Below, piece by piece: positions 11,058-22,659 of a stretch of 64,000 nucleotides of DNA. The position numbers were made by a program, and so were the translations under genes. The stretch comes from Centroscyllium fabricii (taxonomy: Eukaryota). The DNA lies in assembly GCA_051313645.2 (NCBI GenBank), contig JBNRSN020000020.1:110422001-110486000 (forward strand), given 5' to 3'. The notes under the pieces are model-generated. The model did not search any database. It had not been told where the DNA came from and saw only the letters and a program-made list of their open reading frames with translations. How positions within the stretch are numbered: position 1 is the stretch's first letter; each line of letters opens with the position of its first letter.

Positions 11058-11330
11058 CAGATTGAAGGTAATTGGTAAAAGAACCAGGGGGGAGATGAGG
11101 AGAATTTCTTATTTACGCAGCGAGTGATCTGGAACGCGCTGCCTGAAAGGGCGGTGGAAGCAGATTCAATAATAACTTTCAAAAGAGAACTGGAGAAATA
11201 CTTGAAACAGAAAAATTTGCAGGGTTGTTGGGACAGAGCGGGGGAGTGCGACTAATTGGAGAGAATCTTTCATAGAGCCGGCACAGGCACGTCGGGCCGA
11301 ATGGGCTCCCTCTGTGCTGTCGGAGTTATG
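11058..11330 (+). mobile_element. CR1 LINE 3' fragment
   Basis: GGGGAGATGAGGAGAATTT...TGGAACGCGCTGCCTGAAAGG...GGGCCGAATGG. Confidence 0.8.
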
Positions 11331-11874
11331 CAGCCAAAAAACCAGCATAAACATCCACAACCCAAAAATGCTCATCAGTCACTGCAGCTCTCCAGAAAGT
11401 ATGAAGTTTGATGTCAGTGTCTACTGATTCTTCTGCTCACTGCCCCCTCCGCACATGGACGGGGAGCAAAGGAAAGAGAAGAGGAGAGGGGGCGGAGGCT
11501 TCATGGCAACACAGAGCGAGGGGGAGTGCGAGACGAGAGACTTGCGAGAGGGGCGTGGGAGACGACGAGACAGATGGGAGAGTGGGAGATCGGGAGCTGG
11601 ACAGTGAAGAACAGAGAGGAAAGTGGGAGTGGGCTAATAGCAGGAATGCTCACTCCTCCAGATGGAGCTGTAGTGCCGTCACCACGATGATTCATGTATA
11701 AGATGACTGTGACCCTCCCCTTCCACTTACATCCCCCAAACAGTGACATCAATTCTAGCTTTGTGTGTAATTACTTATGGAACATCATCCTCAAGAGCAT
11801 ATTTCACAAGCTGTATTCCAGCCAAGGAGTGCCTGAATATGGAGCTAACCATGTTTCCCTCACAGCCTGGAGAT

Positions 11875-12192
11875 CATTCAACAGCACCTTTCAAACCCGC
11901 GACCTCTACCACTTAGAAGGACAAGGGCAGCAGACGCGCGGGAACAGCACCACCTACAAGTTCCCCTCCAAGCCACACACCATCCTGACTTGGACCTGTA
12001 TCGCCGCTCCTTCACTGTCGCTGGGCCAAAATCCTGGAACTCCCTTCCCAACAACATTGTGGGTGTACCTACACCATATGGACTGCAGCGGTTCAAGAAG
12101 GCGGCTCACCACCATCTTCTCGAGGGCAATTAGGGATGGGCACTAAATGCAGGCCTAGCCAGCCAGCGATGCCCACATCCCATCAATGAATT
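11875..12192 (+). mobile_element. CR1-clade LINE 3' end (same family as 26968-28790)
   Basis: Near-identical to the reverse complement of 26968-27285. Confidence 0.85.
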
Positions 12193-12249
12193 TAAAAAAA
12201 AGATCCATCTCAATGGAATATCCACATTCTCAAGGAATTGAAAACAATG

Positions 12250-13030
12250 TACGGACAATGACGGACAGGGAAAGACCCTCTGCTCCATCCAGCTTGTCCC
12301 ACACAGTCGCGATACCTTGTGTATGACATTGTATCCACTCCCCCAACCCATCAGAAACTATGTGATCGCCTGGGCGAGGCGAAAAATCAGGCCAATTTGG
12401 GAGGAAAATTCTGGGAAACTCCTCTCCAGTCTAGTCCAGGAGATCACTCTGGCCCTGAACTCCCTGCAGTGCCCACCTTCTGTGCGAGGTGATCTCCGCT
12501 CCAGCCAGAAACAGCTCCAGCTCTCCCTTGAAGGAATTCAGCAAATCAGCGTCCACCCAAAGACATGCAGGTTAGGTGAATTGGAGATACTAAAAATTGC
12601 CCACGAATATGTGTGTGAGATATAGTTCTTAGAGTTGGGGGTGTCGGATATGGGGAGAGGATAGGAGGGGGGTGCTGTGTTTGGATGATCAGCCATGACC
12701 TCATTAAAATGGTGGAGCAGGCTCGAAGGGTCGAATGGCCTACTCCTGCTCCTATCTTCTGTGTGTCTGTGTGTGTCTGCGAGATGGCCGCCTGTTCCAG
12801 AGGTCCACTATTCTGGCAAAAGAACCGCCTCCTGACACCTAACCTCGATCTGACCTTGTACAACTCAACATGGTGACCCCTGGCCCTCCCGAACCTATTT
12901 AATTGGAACAAACTGTCAACTGGAAGACAATCTATTTCCCTTCATCATCTTACAAACCTCAATCAGATCCCCCCTAAGTCTACGCTTCTCTAAAGTGTAG
13001 AGCCCCAACTCTCTTAGCCTATCTTGATAA
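12250..13030 (-). mobile_element. Degraded CR1 3' fragment containing a plus-strand SINE 3' portion (~12550-12780)
   Basis: Minus strand encodes ARGHHVELYKVRSRLGVRRRFF. The 12550-12780 insert matches the reverse complement of 32514-32705. Confidence 0.65.
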
Positions 13031-13281
13031 CTAATATATTTGTATTATGGTTTGCTTTCTGCTGACCTGAGCATCTATGCATCATAATGCTATATTTATA
13101 AAATCACCGTTGAAAGTTTGGATCAATGGGGTTCCCCAGTGTGGTACTGAGCCAAAGTGAACGGGAAGATCCCGGGGCTCACTCCCTGGTCTGTGCTGAA
13201 TTGGTTGGGCTCAGGAAAGGAAGTTCCCGTTCAGCAGCCAGCAAACAAAGTAAAGTTAAACATTCCAATTGCTCATGCGAT

Positions 13282-13415
13282 AACAAAATACTGCGGATGC
13301 TGGAAATCCGAAACAACAACAGAAAATGCTGGAGAAACTCAGCAGGCCAGGCAGCATCGGTGGAGAGAGGAGCAGAGTTAACGTTTCAGGTCGAAGACCT
13401 TTCTGCAGAACTGGA
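13282..13415 (-). mobile_element. Penelope-like pLTR fragment (second family) with a degenerate hammerhead
   Basis: Minus strand reads CTGCAGA-A-AGGTC-TTC-GACCT-GAAA-CGTT-AAC. A homologous copy lies at ~59205-59295. Confidence 0.6.
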
Positions 13416-13555
13416 GGAACCGGGAGCGGGGACAGATTTAAAGCTTGTGGGGGCTGGGGAAAGGGGGAGGGGATGAAAGAACAAAGGAAAGATCAGCGAC
13501 AGGCTAGCAGGCGGGGGAGAAGAGATGTTAGGAGAAATTCAAGGAACACAGGATG

Positions 13556-14310
13556 AAGCATAGAAGATAGGAGCAGGAGTCGGCCATTCGGCCCCTCAAG
13601 CCTGCTCCGCCATTCAATTAGATCATGACGGATCTTTCAGATTCAGTACCCTGTCCCTGCCTTCTCCCCATATCCCTTGATCCCTTCAGCCTGAAGAAAT
13701 ATATCCAACTCCTTCTTGAATATATTCAATGAACCGACCTCCACCGCCCTCTGTGGCAGAGAATTCCACAGGTTCACCACTCTCTGGGTGAAGAAATTCC
13801 CCCTCATCTCAGTCCTAAATGTCTTTCCCCTTATCCTTAGACTATGGCCCCTGGTTCTGGACTCCCTGACTATCGGGAACATCATTCCTGCATCCAGTCT
13901 GTCCAGCCCTGACAGAATTTTATAGGTTTCGATGACATCCCCTCTCAATCATCTGAACTCCAGTGAGTATAAGCCCAATCGACTCAATCTCTCCCCATAT
14001 GTCATTCCTGCCATCCCAGGTATCAGCCTGGTGAATCTTCGCTGCACTCCTTCAATGGCAAGAACGTCCTTCCTCAGATGAGGCGACCAAAACTGCACAC
14101 AATACTCGAGGTGTGGTCTCACCAAGGTCCTGTAGAGCTGCAGCAAGACATCCTTGTTCTTATATTCGAACCCTCTCTCTATGAAGGCCAACATACCATT
14201 TACCTTCTTAACCGCCTGTTGCACCTGCATGCTTACCTTCAGTGACTGGTGCACAAAACACTCAGGTCTCTTTTCGCTTCCCCATCTACCAATCTATTGC
14301 CATCCAGATG
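13556..14310 (-). mobile_element. CR1 LINE 3' fragment
   Basis: ORFs 13949-14254 and 13643-13948 encode LYRTLVRPHLEYCVQFWSP and NFFTQRVVNLWNSLP. Confidence 0.92.
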
Positions 14311-14552
14311 GCTCTGGATTGGTGTGAACGGCTCTGGCAGAGTAAAAAAAAGCCCAGACGAAAGTGTGGATTGAAAAAAGAGAGAAAATATATATAGGAA
14401 TAAAAAAGTGTGGTAGGGGCCGAGGTTATGATCTAAAATTGTTGCACTCTATGCTTAGTCCAGAGGGCTGTAGAGGAGTTATTTGTAAAGCCGCCAACCT
14501 AGAACCATCAACGTGTCAATCAAATTGCTGAAGACTGTTTTCAGCTGCCTTG

Positions 14553-17140
14553 TGTCAGCCGTGGCTCAGTGGGTAGCACGCTTGCCGATGAATCAGAAGA
14601 TCGTGGGTGGAGAAATTCGTTACAGCCCCGTTGGGGGCGCTAAAACTTCGAAAGCTGAAAAATTAGCACCAGGCGTTAATGATGAGGGGCTCCCGCGAAA
14701 TTCTGTAGTAGCGCTGCAAGAAGGAAGTGGAGCGCTACATCAAGCGTTACCCACGTCTCTTGAGGCGCTAAAGTCGGAGAGCGGGGCGGTACCGGCAGAG
14801 CGCGAGACAATTTGCAGCGCATTCCAGCCGGCACTCTTCAATCACAGAGGCTGCTTCCCTCGCTTAACGGGAAGGGCCAATACTGCACCAAGAGCTATTT
14901 GTTGGCACTGCAGTCTTGCAAGGCGACCATCAATGCAGCCCCAGACACTGTCACCAAGCGGAGGTCTTGGACATCCCGCAACAATGGAAGAGTGAAAAAT
15001 TTGTGCAGGCACCAGACTGCTGCAAATAATAACGGTTCAGCGATCTGAAAAGCATTCCGTTCAATTACCGCTCCCAAAGCGGCCATCCGACATCAGAACA
15101 CCTCCTCTTGCTGGCGTTGTCGGCGCGAGGCGGTAATGCAGGGGGCGAAAGTCAATTTCGCATCCGGGGCGGTAACAGGGCGCTGCGCACTTGATGATGT
15201 CACGATCTACGGGGCGCTAGAGACCGAGGCGGTAAGTGTTGGATGGCAATAGATTGGGAGAAGGGGAAGTGCAACGAGACCTGGGTGTCTTTGTGCACCA
15301 GTCGCTGAAGGTCAGCATGTAGGTGCAGCAGGCGGTTAAGAAGGCAAATGGTATTTTGGCCTTCGTAGCTAGAGGATTCGAGTACAAGAACAAGGATGTC
15401 TTGCTGCAGTTGTACAGGGCCTTGGTGAGACCACACCTTGAGTATTGTGTGCAGTTTTGGTCGCCTTACCGAAGGAAGGATGTTCTTGCCATGGAGGGAG
15501 TGCAGAGGAGATTCACCAGGCTGATACCTGGGATGGCAGGAATGACGTATGAGGAGAGATTGGGTCGATTGGGCTTATACTCGCTGGAGTTTAGAAGAAT
15601 GAGAGGGGATCTCATTGAAACTTATAAAATCCTGACAGGACTAGACAGACTAGATGCAGGAAGGATGTTCCTGATGGTGGGGGAGTCCAGAACCAGGGGT
15701 CACAGTCTTAAGGATAAGGCGTAAGCCATTTAGGACAGAGATGAGGAGGAATTTCTTCACCCAGAGAATGGTGAACCTGTGGGATTCTCTACCACAGAGG
15801 GTGGTGGAGGCCAATTCATTAAATATATTCAAGAAGGATTTAGATATATTTCTTAAGGATAAAGGAATATGGAGAGAAGGCAGGGACAGGGTACTGAGTT
15901 TGGATGATCAGCCATGATCTCATTGAATGGCCTACTCCTGCTCCTATCTTACATAGAAACAGAGAAGATAGGAGCAGGACTAGGCCATTCGGCCCTTCGA
16001 GCCTGCTCCGCCATTCAATGTTTCTATGGGTTAACACCAGTGCAAAACCGCCAGAGAAGTTCGCGGGCGCCGCTGAATTCTCCGTGCCCGGTTGGTAACC
16101 CCTTTAGTGCCCCGTTACCGGCCCCCGCAGACGCTAACGTGAGGCACAAAGCAGCCGAATGTCTAACACCATGAGTTGAAGCCCCACTCCAGAGACTTGA
16201 GCACAAAATGCAGCCCAACATTTCAGCGTAGTGCGGAGGGAGTGCTGCATTGTCAGAAGTGCCATCTTCGGACGAGGCATTAAACCGAGGCTCAAAAAAA
16301 GATTAAGTGAAGGGCGGCACGGTGGCATAGTGGTTAGCACTGCTGCCTCACAGCGCTAGAGACCCGGGTTCAAATCCGGCCTCGGGTGACTATCTGTGTG
16401 GAGTTTGCACATTCTCCCCGTGTCTGCGTGGGTTTCCTCAGGGTGCTCCGGTTTCCTTCCACAGTCCAAAGATGTGCGGGTTAAGTTGATTGGCCAGGAT
16501 AAATTGACCCTTAGTGTTAGGGGGATTGAATATGTGGGGTTACGGGGATAGGGTGGGATATGTGTTGGTGCAGGCTCGATGGGCCGAAATGGCCTCTATC
16601 TGCACTGTAGGGATTCTATGATTCTATGAAGAACATAGGAGGGTTTTCTTTACATGGAGAGTGGTGGGAATATGGACCACATGGACTGGTTGAGGCAGCG
16701 AGCATTGATGCATTTAAGGGGAGACTTGATGCATACATGAAGGAGAAGGGAATGTGAGGGCAGGGCGGGGAAGAGGTCATTCGAATGGGATGAGGCTCGT
16801 GTGGAGAATAAACACTGGGATAGACCAGTTGGGCCGAATGGCCTGTTTCTCCGCTATAAATTCTATAGAACATTATGAGGCGCTATCTGCGTCGCCAGGT
16901 GGACGTAAAAGATCCCATGGCACGATTCGAAGAAGAGCAAGGGTCCCGGGGCCAATATTTATCCCTCAATCAACATCACTAAAAATCAGATGATCTGGTC
17001 ATTATCACATTGTTGTTTGTGGGCGCTTGCTGTGCACAAATTGGTTGTTGCTGCATCTGCCGACATAACAATAGTGACTACACTTCTAAAGTAATTCCCA
17101 AGCAGTCTGTGATATCCAGATTGTGCAAAAGCTACTTAAA
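14553..17140 (+). mobile_element. Nested cluster: SacSINE1-like SINE split by a GC-rich MITE-like insert (~14605-16170), CR1 (15240-15955), HE1 SINE (16311-16625) and a CR1 3' end (16630-16870)
   Basis: SINE pieces 14553-14605, 16170-16292 and 16875-17140 are colinear. CR1 ORF 15323-15724; HE1 head GGGCGGCACGGTGGCATAGTGG. Confidence 0.7.
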
Positions 17141-17231
17141 TACACATCCTTTCTTCCTTCACTCAGTTCAGTGTGCACAGCGAGTGATAACAATGATTAC
17201 ATAAAACAGATAAACCACTTCTATAATTAGT

Positions 17232-17652
17232 TCGGACTGTTCTCTGTGGAACAGAGAAGGTGAAGAGGTGACCCTAATCGAGGTTTTCCAGATGATGAGG
17301 GGTTTTGATCGAGTCGAGAGAGAAACACTATCCCCGCTGGAGAGAGGGTCAATAACCAGAGATCACAGATTCACAATCATTGGCAAAAGATCTCGAGGGG
17401 AGATGAGGAGAAATCTTTTCATTCGGAGAGTTGTCTCGATCGGGAACGCTCGACCTGAAAAGTTGGTGGGAGCTGATTCCATCAATAATTTTAAAAGGGA
17501 GTCGGACGGGTTCTGGAGGATGAGGAACTGACAGGGTCAGGGACAAAAAGTGGGGGATGTGGGACTGAGCACGACTGGTCTTTCAAAGAGCCAGCACAGG
17601 CTCGACGGGCCAAATGGCCTCCTTCTGTGCTGTAAGTTTCTATGATTCTATG
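17232..17652 (+). mobile_element. CR1 LINE 3' fragment
   Basis: Encodes LIEVFQMMRGFDRV...RGEMRRNLF; TTCTATGA tail. Confidence 0.82.
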
Positions 17653-18357
17653 CATTCTGAAGAAAAAACTTAACTGTAAAATTGGTCATTTAATGCCACA
17701 AATGTACCAGCGAGAGATTTCTCAATCTGCCCTGCTGGGGTTCAAAATATTACCAGCGACCTAGGTGCTGGGGATTTTTAGATCCTGTACATTAACTCGG
17801 AGGGTGTGAGGGAGATGCTTGAGTTACAGTTTTTCTCCCGCTTCTGTGGGACTGCAACACCCAGAGTGCAGCCACAACATTCAAAGTCACATTACGAGCA
17901 GGTGGTAAATGACCAGGGTAGACGAGTTTCTGCTTCAGCTTTACTGGCACATACTAAGAACACAAAACAGGAAATTGCACAGTGTGGCGACACGCCCACC
18001 GGCAGCCACGAACCCGCGTTGGGAAGGCTGCAAAGCGGCCCCGCCCGTCGGAGGACGCACGGACTTCCCCGACGTGATGACGTCACCAGGTGGCCAGCCG
18101 GCAGTGACGTCCCCAGCCGCGGGACCTTTAAATACCTGAGCGCCAGGTGGCTCAGTCTCTTTCTCTCCACCTGGCCCTAGTTGTAACAAGCAGTATAATA
18201 AAAACTCTCCTTCTAACCTCTCTGTGTCCAGCGTGGTCCTTCAGCCTTGCAGGCCTCAACACTGGTGACCCCGATACCTGAGACGATTCTCAGGTGAACA
18301 ATGAAGCAGCCACTGCAGGACTGAGGGCCAAGCTGCCGCAGCCGAATCGCTACCACC

Positions 18358-20079
18358 ATGCCAGCAGCAAACGACTCAGCACGCCAAAGCAGACGGGGCC
18401 AAGTTTACCTCCCGGTCCCAACCATACCACAATTCTGGGAGCTCCGTCCAGCGGCTTGGTTTCGCAACACCGAGAACACCTTCCGCATCCATGGCGTGCA
18501 GGGAGACGACCGCTACAGCCTGCTCTTCGCAGCCCTCGCACAGTCCACCATCGACAGAATGTGGGACACCATCGAGGAAGACACTTCTGCTGGCAGGTAC
18601 GAATCGCTAAAGGCCGCGCTGCTCGCAAAATTTACCCCAACCATTTTCGAGCGCGATTGCCAGGTCATTAACCTCCCCGACCTGGGAGATGCAGACCCCA
18701 CCGACTTGTGGGCCCAGTTTGAGGCGCTCAATCGCGACTCGGACACCCTTAAGCGCGCCCTCTACCTCCTTAAGCTGCCGCCCTCCATCAGACCGACACT
18801 GACGGTCTTGGAGCACCTCTCAAACAGGCAGCTAGCTCAGGAGGCAGACAAGCTCATTAAGGCCGAGCGCACCCGCGCCACCATGCACCGCCACGCTGCC
18901 GCTCAACAAGAGCAGCACCACCCACAACCCCGGCCCCAACTCAGAGCCGCGCGGACCCACAAAAAGCCACGCACCGCGGCAACCGGCTGGTGCTACTACC
19001 ATACCAGGTTTGAGGCCAAAGCGCAGCGCTGCGTTCCGCCCTGCAACTTCAAACCCCAAACCTGCCCCAGCCCCACCATGTGCGTCGGCCGCTCCGGAGC
19101 GCTGCTCTTCGTTAAAGACAGTGTCTCAGGCCTCCGTTTCCTCTGCGACACAGGCGCGCAGCACAGCATCGTGCCAGCCTCCCCCGCAGAATCCAAGCAG
19201 GGCACCCAAGGCCCACCACTCGAAGCCGCAAACGGCTCCGAGATACTCACGTTCGGTACCCGCCAGCTTACCATTAAACTAGCAGGCCACAGGTATACGT
19301 GGGACTTCATCACCGCGCAGGTTAACACGCCCCTACTCGGAGCCGATTTTCTGTGCGCCCACGGGCTCCTTGTCGATGTTACCCGGCGCCGCCTGGTCGA
19401 CATCCAAATCATGTCGACCATTCCGTGCTCCACAGCCCCAGCACACCAGACCCACGCGGCAGCTCACTGCCGGGCCCGCAACTCCGACACGTACGCCACG
19501 CTGCTCGCCGAGTTCCCCACCCTAACCAACCCCACCTTCACAGCCCGCTCCGCCAAGCACGGCGTAGAGCACCACATCACCACCACAGGCCCCCCGGTCC
19601 ACGTCCACGCACGCAGGCTGGACCCGGCCAAGCTAGAGATCGCTCGAGCCGAGTTCCACATCATGGAACAGCTCGGCATCATCCGCCGCTCCAGCAGCCC
19701 CTGGGCCTCCCCCCTCCACATTGCCCCCAAACCCGATGGCGGCTGGCACCCCTGCGGAGACTACCGCCGCCTCAACAACGCCACCACCCCGGATAGGTAC
19801 CCAGTCCCCCACATCCAGGATTTTTCCGTGAGGCTAGCCGGCTGCACGGTCTTTTCAAAGATCGACCTCGTGCGGGGCTACCACCAAGTTCCAGTGCACC
19901 CGGCGGATGTCCCTAAGACAGCCGTCATCACCCCATTCGGCCTATTCGAATTTCTCCGGATGCCCTTCGGACTCAAAAACGCGGCCCAGGCTTTCCAGCG
20001 CCTCATGGACTCAGTCCTCCGGGACCTCCAGTTCACATTCGTCTATCTTGACGACATCCTGGTGGCCAGCGCCTCCTAA
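18358..20079 (+). CDS. gag-pol: Gag (CHCC knuckle), protease and RT N-terminal part; ends at a deletion/frameshift
   Basis: [62 protein letters not shown] then stop. Confidence 0.9.
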   Translation: MPAANDSARQSRRGQVYLPVPTIPQFWELRPAAWFRNTENTFRIHGVQGDDRYSLLFAALAQSTIDRMWDTIEEDTSAGRYESLKAALLAKFTPTIFERDCQVINLPDLGDADPTDLWAQFEALNRDSDTLKRALYLLKLPPSIRPTLTVLEHLSNRQLAQEADKLIKAERTRATMHRHAAAQQEQHHPQPRPQLRAARTHKKPRTAATGWCYYHTRFEAKAQRCVPPCNFKPQTCPSPTMCVGRSGALLFVKDSVSGLRFLCDTGAQHSIVPASPAESKQGTQGPPLEAANGSEILTFGTRQLTIKLAGHRYTWDFITAQVNTPLLGADFLCAHGLLVDVTRRRLVDIQIMSTIPCSTAPAHQTHAAAHCRARNSDTYATLLAEFPTLTNPTFTARSAKHGVEHHITTTGPPVHVHARRLDPAKLEIARAEFHIMEQLGIIRRSSSPWASPLHIAPKPDGGWHPCGDYRRLNNATTPDRYPVPHIQDFSVRLAGCTVFSKIDLVRGYHQVPVHPADVPKTAVITPFGLFEFLRMPFGLKNAAQAFQRLMDSVLRDLQFTFVYLDDILVASAS

Positions 20080-22213
20080 ACGCCTGGCCGAGCACGGCCT
20101 CATATTAAGCCCCTCCAAGTGCCGATTCGGCCTCGAGGCTATTGACTTCCTCGGCCACCACATCTCCCACACCGGGGCCATACCCCTGCCCTCCAAGGTG
20201 CAGGCGGTCCAGGAATTCCCCCGCCCGCACTCCATCAAGGGGCTGCAGGAATTCCTTGGAATGGTTAATTTTTACAACCGTTTCATCCCCGGCGCAGCCG
20301 CCCTCATGGCCCCCCTCTACCAGGCCACCCACGGGCAATCCAACAAGACCGCGGTCGAGTGGACGGCCGAAGCCGCCACCGCTTTCACCGCAACCAAAAC
20401 GGCCCTTGCCAAAGCCACCCTCCTCAGCCACCCCAGGCCCAACGCCAGAGTAGCCCTCACCACCGACGCCTCCGACCACGCTGTCGGAGCAGTCTTCGAG
20501 CAGTGGTCGGGCGACTCATGGCAACCACTGGCCTTTTTCAGCCGCCGCCTCCGGCCCCCAGAGGTCAAGTACAGCGCCTTCGATAGGGAGCTACTCGCTC
20601 TCTACCTCGCAGTGCGCCACTTCCGCTTCCTTTTGGAGGGCCGCCACTTTACAGCATTTGTGGACCACAAACCACTAGTCTCCGCAATGGCTAAGCTCTC
20701 CGAACCCTGGTCGGCCAGGCAGCAGCGCCAGCTCGCGGCCGTGTCCGAGTTCACGACCGACATCCAGCACATTGCCGGCCGCGACAACGTGGTCGCCGAC
20801 TGCCTCTCACGACCCGCCATTCACAAGCCCAACCCCGACCACCCCCCAACCCCAGCCACCAACCGCGCCTGCGCACACTGCTGCGCATTCCCAGCCACCA
20901 ACACTGTCCAGACCGCGGTCGACTACGTCAAAATGGCGGCCGACCAACTCAGCGATCCCGACCTCCTCGACCCCACCAACAAACTTCCCGGCCTACTCTT
21001 AGCCACCGTAGCACACGGACCCACAGCCACGGGGGTCCGCTGCGACGTCACCCTACCCCAACCCAGGCCCGTGGTGCCCCCCGCGTGGAGGCAGCACATC
21101 TTCCAGACCCTCCACGGCCTCTCCCACCCCGGCGTCCGCGCATCCACCAAGCTCATCTCTGCGCGATTCGTTTGGCGCGGCCTAAAACAAGATGTCCGCG
21201 CCTGGACCACCTCGTGCAATGCCTGCCAGCGAGCCAAGGTGCACAAACACATCAAAGCACCACTCCAACCAATCGTCATCCCAGCCAGACGCTTCAGCCA
21301 CGTGCACATCGACCTGGTTGGACCACTACCCCCATCACGTGGACACTCGTACCTCCTCACAATGGTCGACCGCACCACCCGTTGGCCTGAAGCGGTCCCC
21401 CTCAACACGACCACCACCGCCGAACTGGCCAGGGCCTTCATCGCCACCTGGGTCGCCCGCTTCGGCGTCCCCAACGACATTACTTCAGACAGGGGCCCCC
21501 AATTCACTTCAACTCTATGGTCAACCATCGCTCACGACCTTGGGGTAACCCTGCACCGAACCACTGCCTACCACCCGCAAGCCAACGGCCTCTGCGAACG
21601 GTTCCACCGAACTTTTAAAACATCCCTGCGGGCCAGCCTCCAGGACGCAACCTGGACGGACCGCCTGCCCTGGGTAATGCTCGGCCTCCGCTCAGCGGCC
21701 AAAGAAGATCTACACGCCTCGGCAGCCGAACTCGTTTACGGCCAACCACTAACGGTACCAGGCGAGTTCGTCGCAGAAACAAGCGAACCCTGGTCGGCCG
21801 AGCGCTGCCTCAGGGAATTCAACAACCAGGCAGCAGAATTCAAACCACTTCCGGTGGCCCGCCACGGTCACCCGGCGACACGTGTCCCCGATGCCATTCA
21901 GGATGCCAAGTATGTGTTTGTCCGCCATGACTCACACAAAACACCGCTGCAGGCACCGTACGACGGGCCATTCAGAGTGCTTCGGGCGGGACCCAAAATG
22001 TTTGACATTCAAATGGGCAACAGAACTGAGACCGTATCCATTGATCGGCTCAAACCAGCACACGTAATGGCGGGCGAGACAACAGTCCCCGCACAACCAC
22101 CTAAACGCGGCCGCCCTACCGCACCAAAACCCGCCCACACTCCCACACAGACCAACAAGCAACACATCACACGTGCCGGCCGTACCATCAGGCCACCTAA
22201 GCGCCTCGCCTGA
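20078..22213 (+). CDS. pol: RT thumb, RNase H and integrase (continuation in another frame)
   Basis: KRLAEHGL, TTDASD, YSAFDRELLA, VDHKPL, NVVADCLSR; HHCC (LHGLSHPG...CNAC); D-D-E (IDLVGP, SDRG, CERFH); GPY/F motif YDGPF. Confidence 0.9.
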   Translation, partial: KRLAEHGLILSPSKCRFGLEAIDFLGHHISHTGAIPLPSKVQAVQEFPRPHSIKGLQEFLGMVNFYNRFIPGAAALMAPLYQATHGQSNKTAVEWTAEAATAFTATKTALAKATLLSHPRPNARVALTTDASDHAVGAVFEQWSGDSWQPLAFFSRRLRPPEVKYSAFDRELLALYLAVRHFRFLLEGRHFTAFVDHKPLVSAMAKLSEPWSARQQRQLAAVSEFTTDIQHIAGRDNVVADCLSRPAIHKPNPDHPPTPATNRACAHCCAFPATNTVQTAVDYVKMAADQLSDPDLLDPTNKLPGLLLATVAHGPTATGVRCDVTLPQPRPVVPPAWRQHIFQTLHGLSHPGVRASTKLISARFVWRGLKQDVRAWTTSCNACQRAKVHKHIKAPLQPIVIPARRFSHVHIDLVGPLPPSRGHSYLLTMVDRTTRWPEAVPLNTTTTAELARAFIATWVARFGVPNDITSDRGPQFTSTLWSTIAHDLGVTLHRTTAYHPQANGLCERFHRTFKTSLRASLQDATWTDRLPWVMLGLRSAAKEDLHASAAELVYGQPLTVPGEFVAETSEPWSAERCLREFNNQAAEFKPLPVARHGHPATRVPDAIQDAKYVFVRHDSHKTPLQAPYDGPFRVLRAGPKMFDIQMGNRTETVSIDRLKPAHVMAGETTVPAQPPKRGRPTAPKPAHTPTQTNKQHITRAGRTIRPPKRLA

Positions 22214-22659
22214 GGCGACACGGAACAGCACACAACACCTGCCGGCCACAACACCAGGCCATTGCGGCAAACTGTCGGACATTCTGTGTGTAATCGAAAT
22301 GTGTGTCTGCTCTCCTTTTTGTCTCCCTCTCCTCTAGGAAACTACACTTCCCCTCGCGGATTCTGGGGGGGAGCTGTGTGGCGACACGCCCACCGGCAGC
22401 CACGAACCCGCGCTGGGAAGGCTGCAAAGCGGCCCCGCCCGTCGGAGGACGCACGGACTTCCCCGACGTGATGACGTCACCAGGTGGCCAGCCGGCAGTG
22501 ACGTCCCCAGCCGCGGGACCTTTAAATACCTGAGCGCCAGGTGGCTCAGTCTCTTTCTCTCCACCTGGCCCTAGTTGTAACAAGCAGTATAATAAAAACT
22601 CTCCTTCTAACCTCTCTGTGTCCAGCGTGGTCCTTCAGCCTTGCAGGCCTCAACAACAG

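Larger units (their letters stand above)
17983..22655 (+). mobile_element. Full-length Ty3/Gypsy LTR retrotransposon, CsRN1-like clade
   Basis: 279-bp LTRs 17983-18261 and 22377-22655 (TG...CA; one difference seen). 4-bp TSD ACAG. PBS TGGTGACCCCGA at 18263 (tRNA-Trp type); G-rich PPT before the 3' LTR. Confidence 0.97.

Noticed and set aside
19907-20079. Programmed ribosomal frameshift between the two Gypsy ORFs
   Set aside because: The break is in mid-RT, conserved residues are missing, and there is no slippery site.
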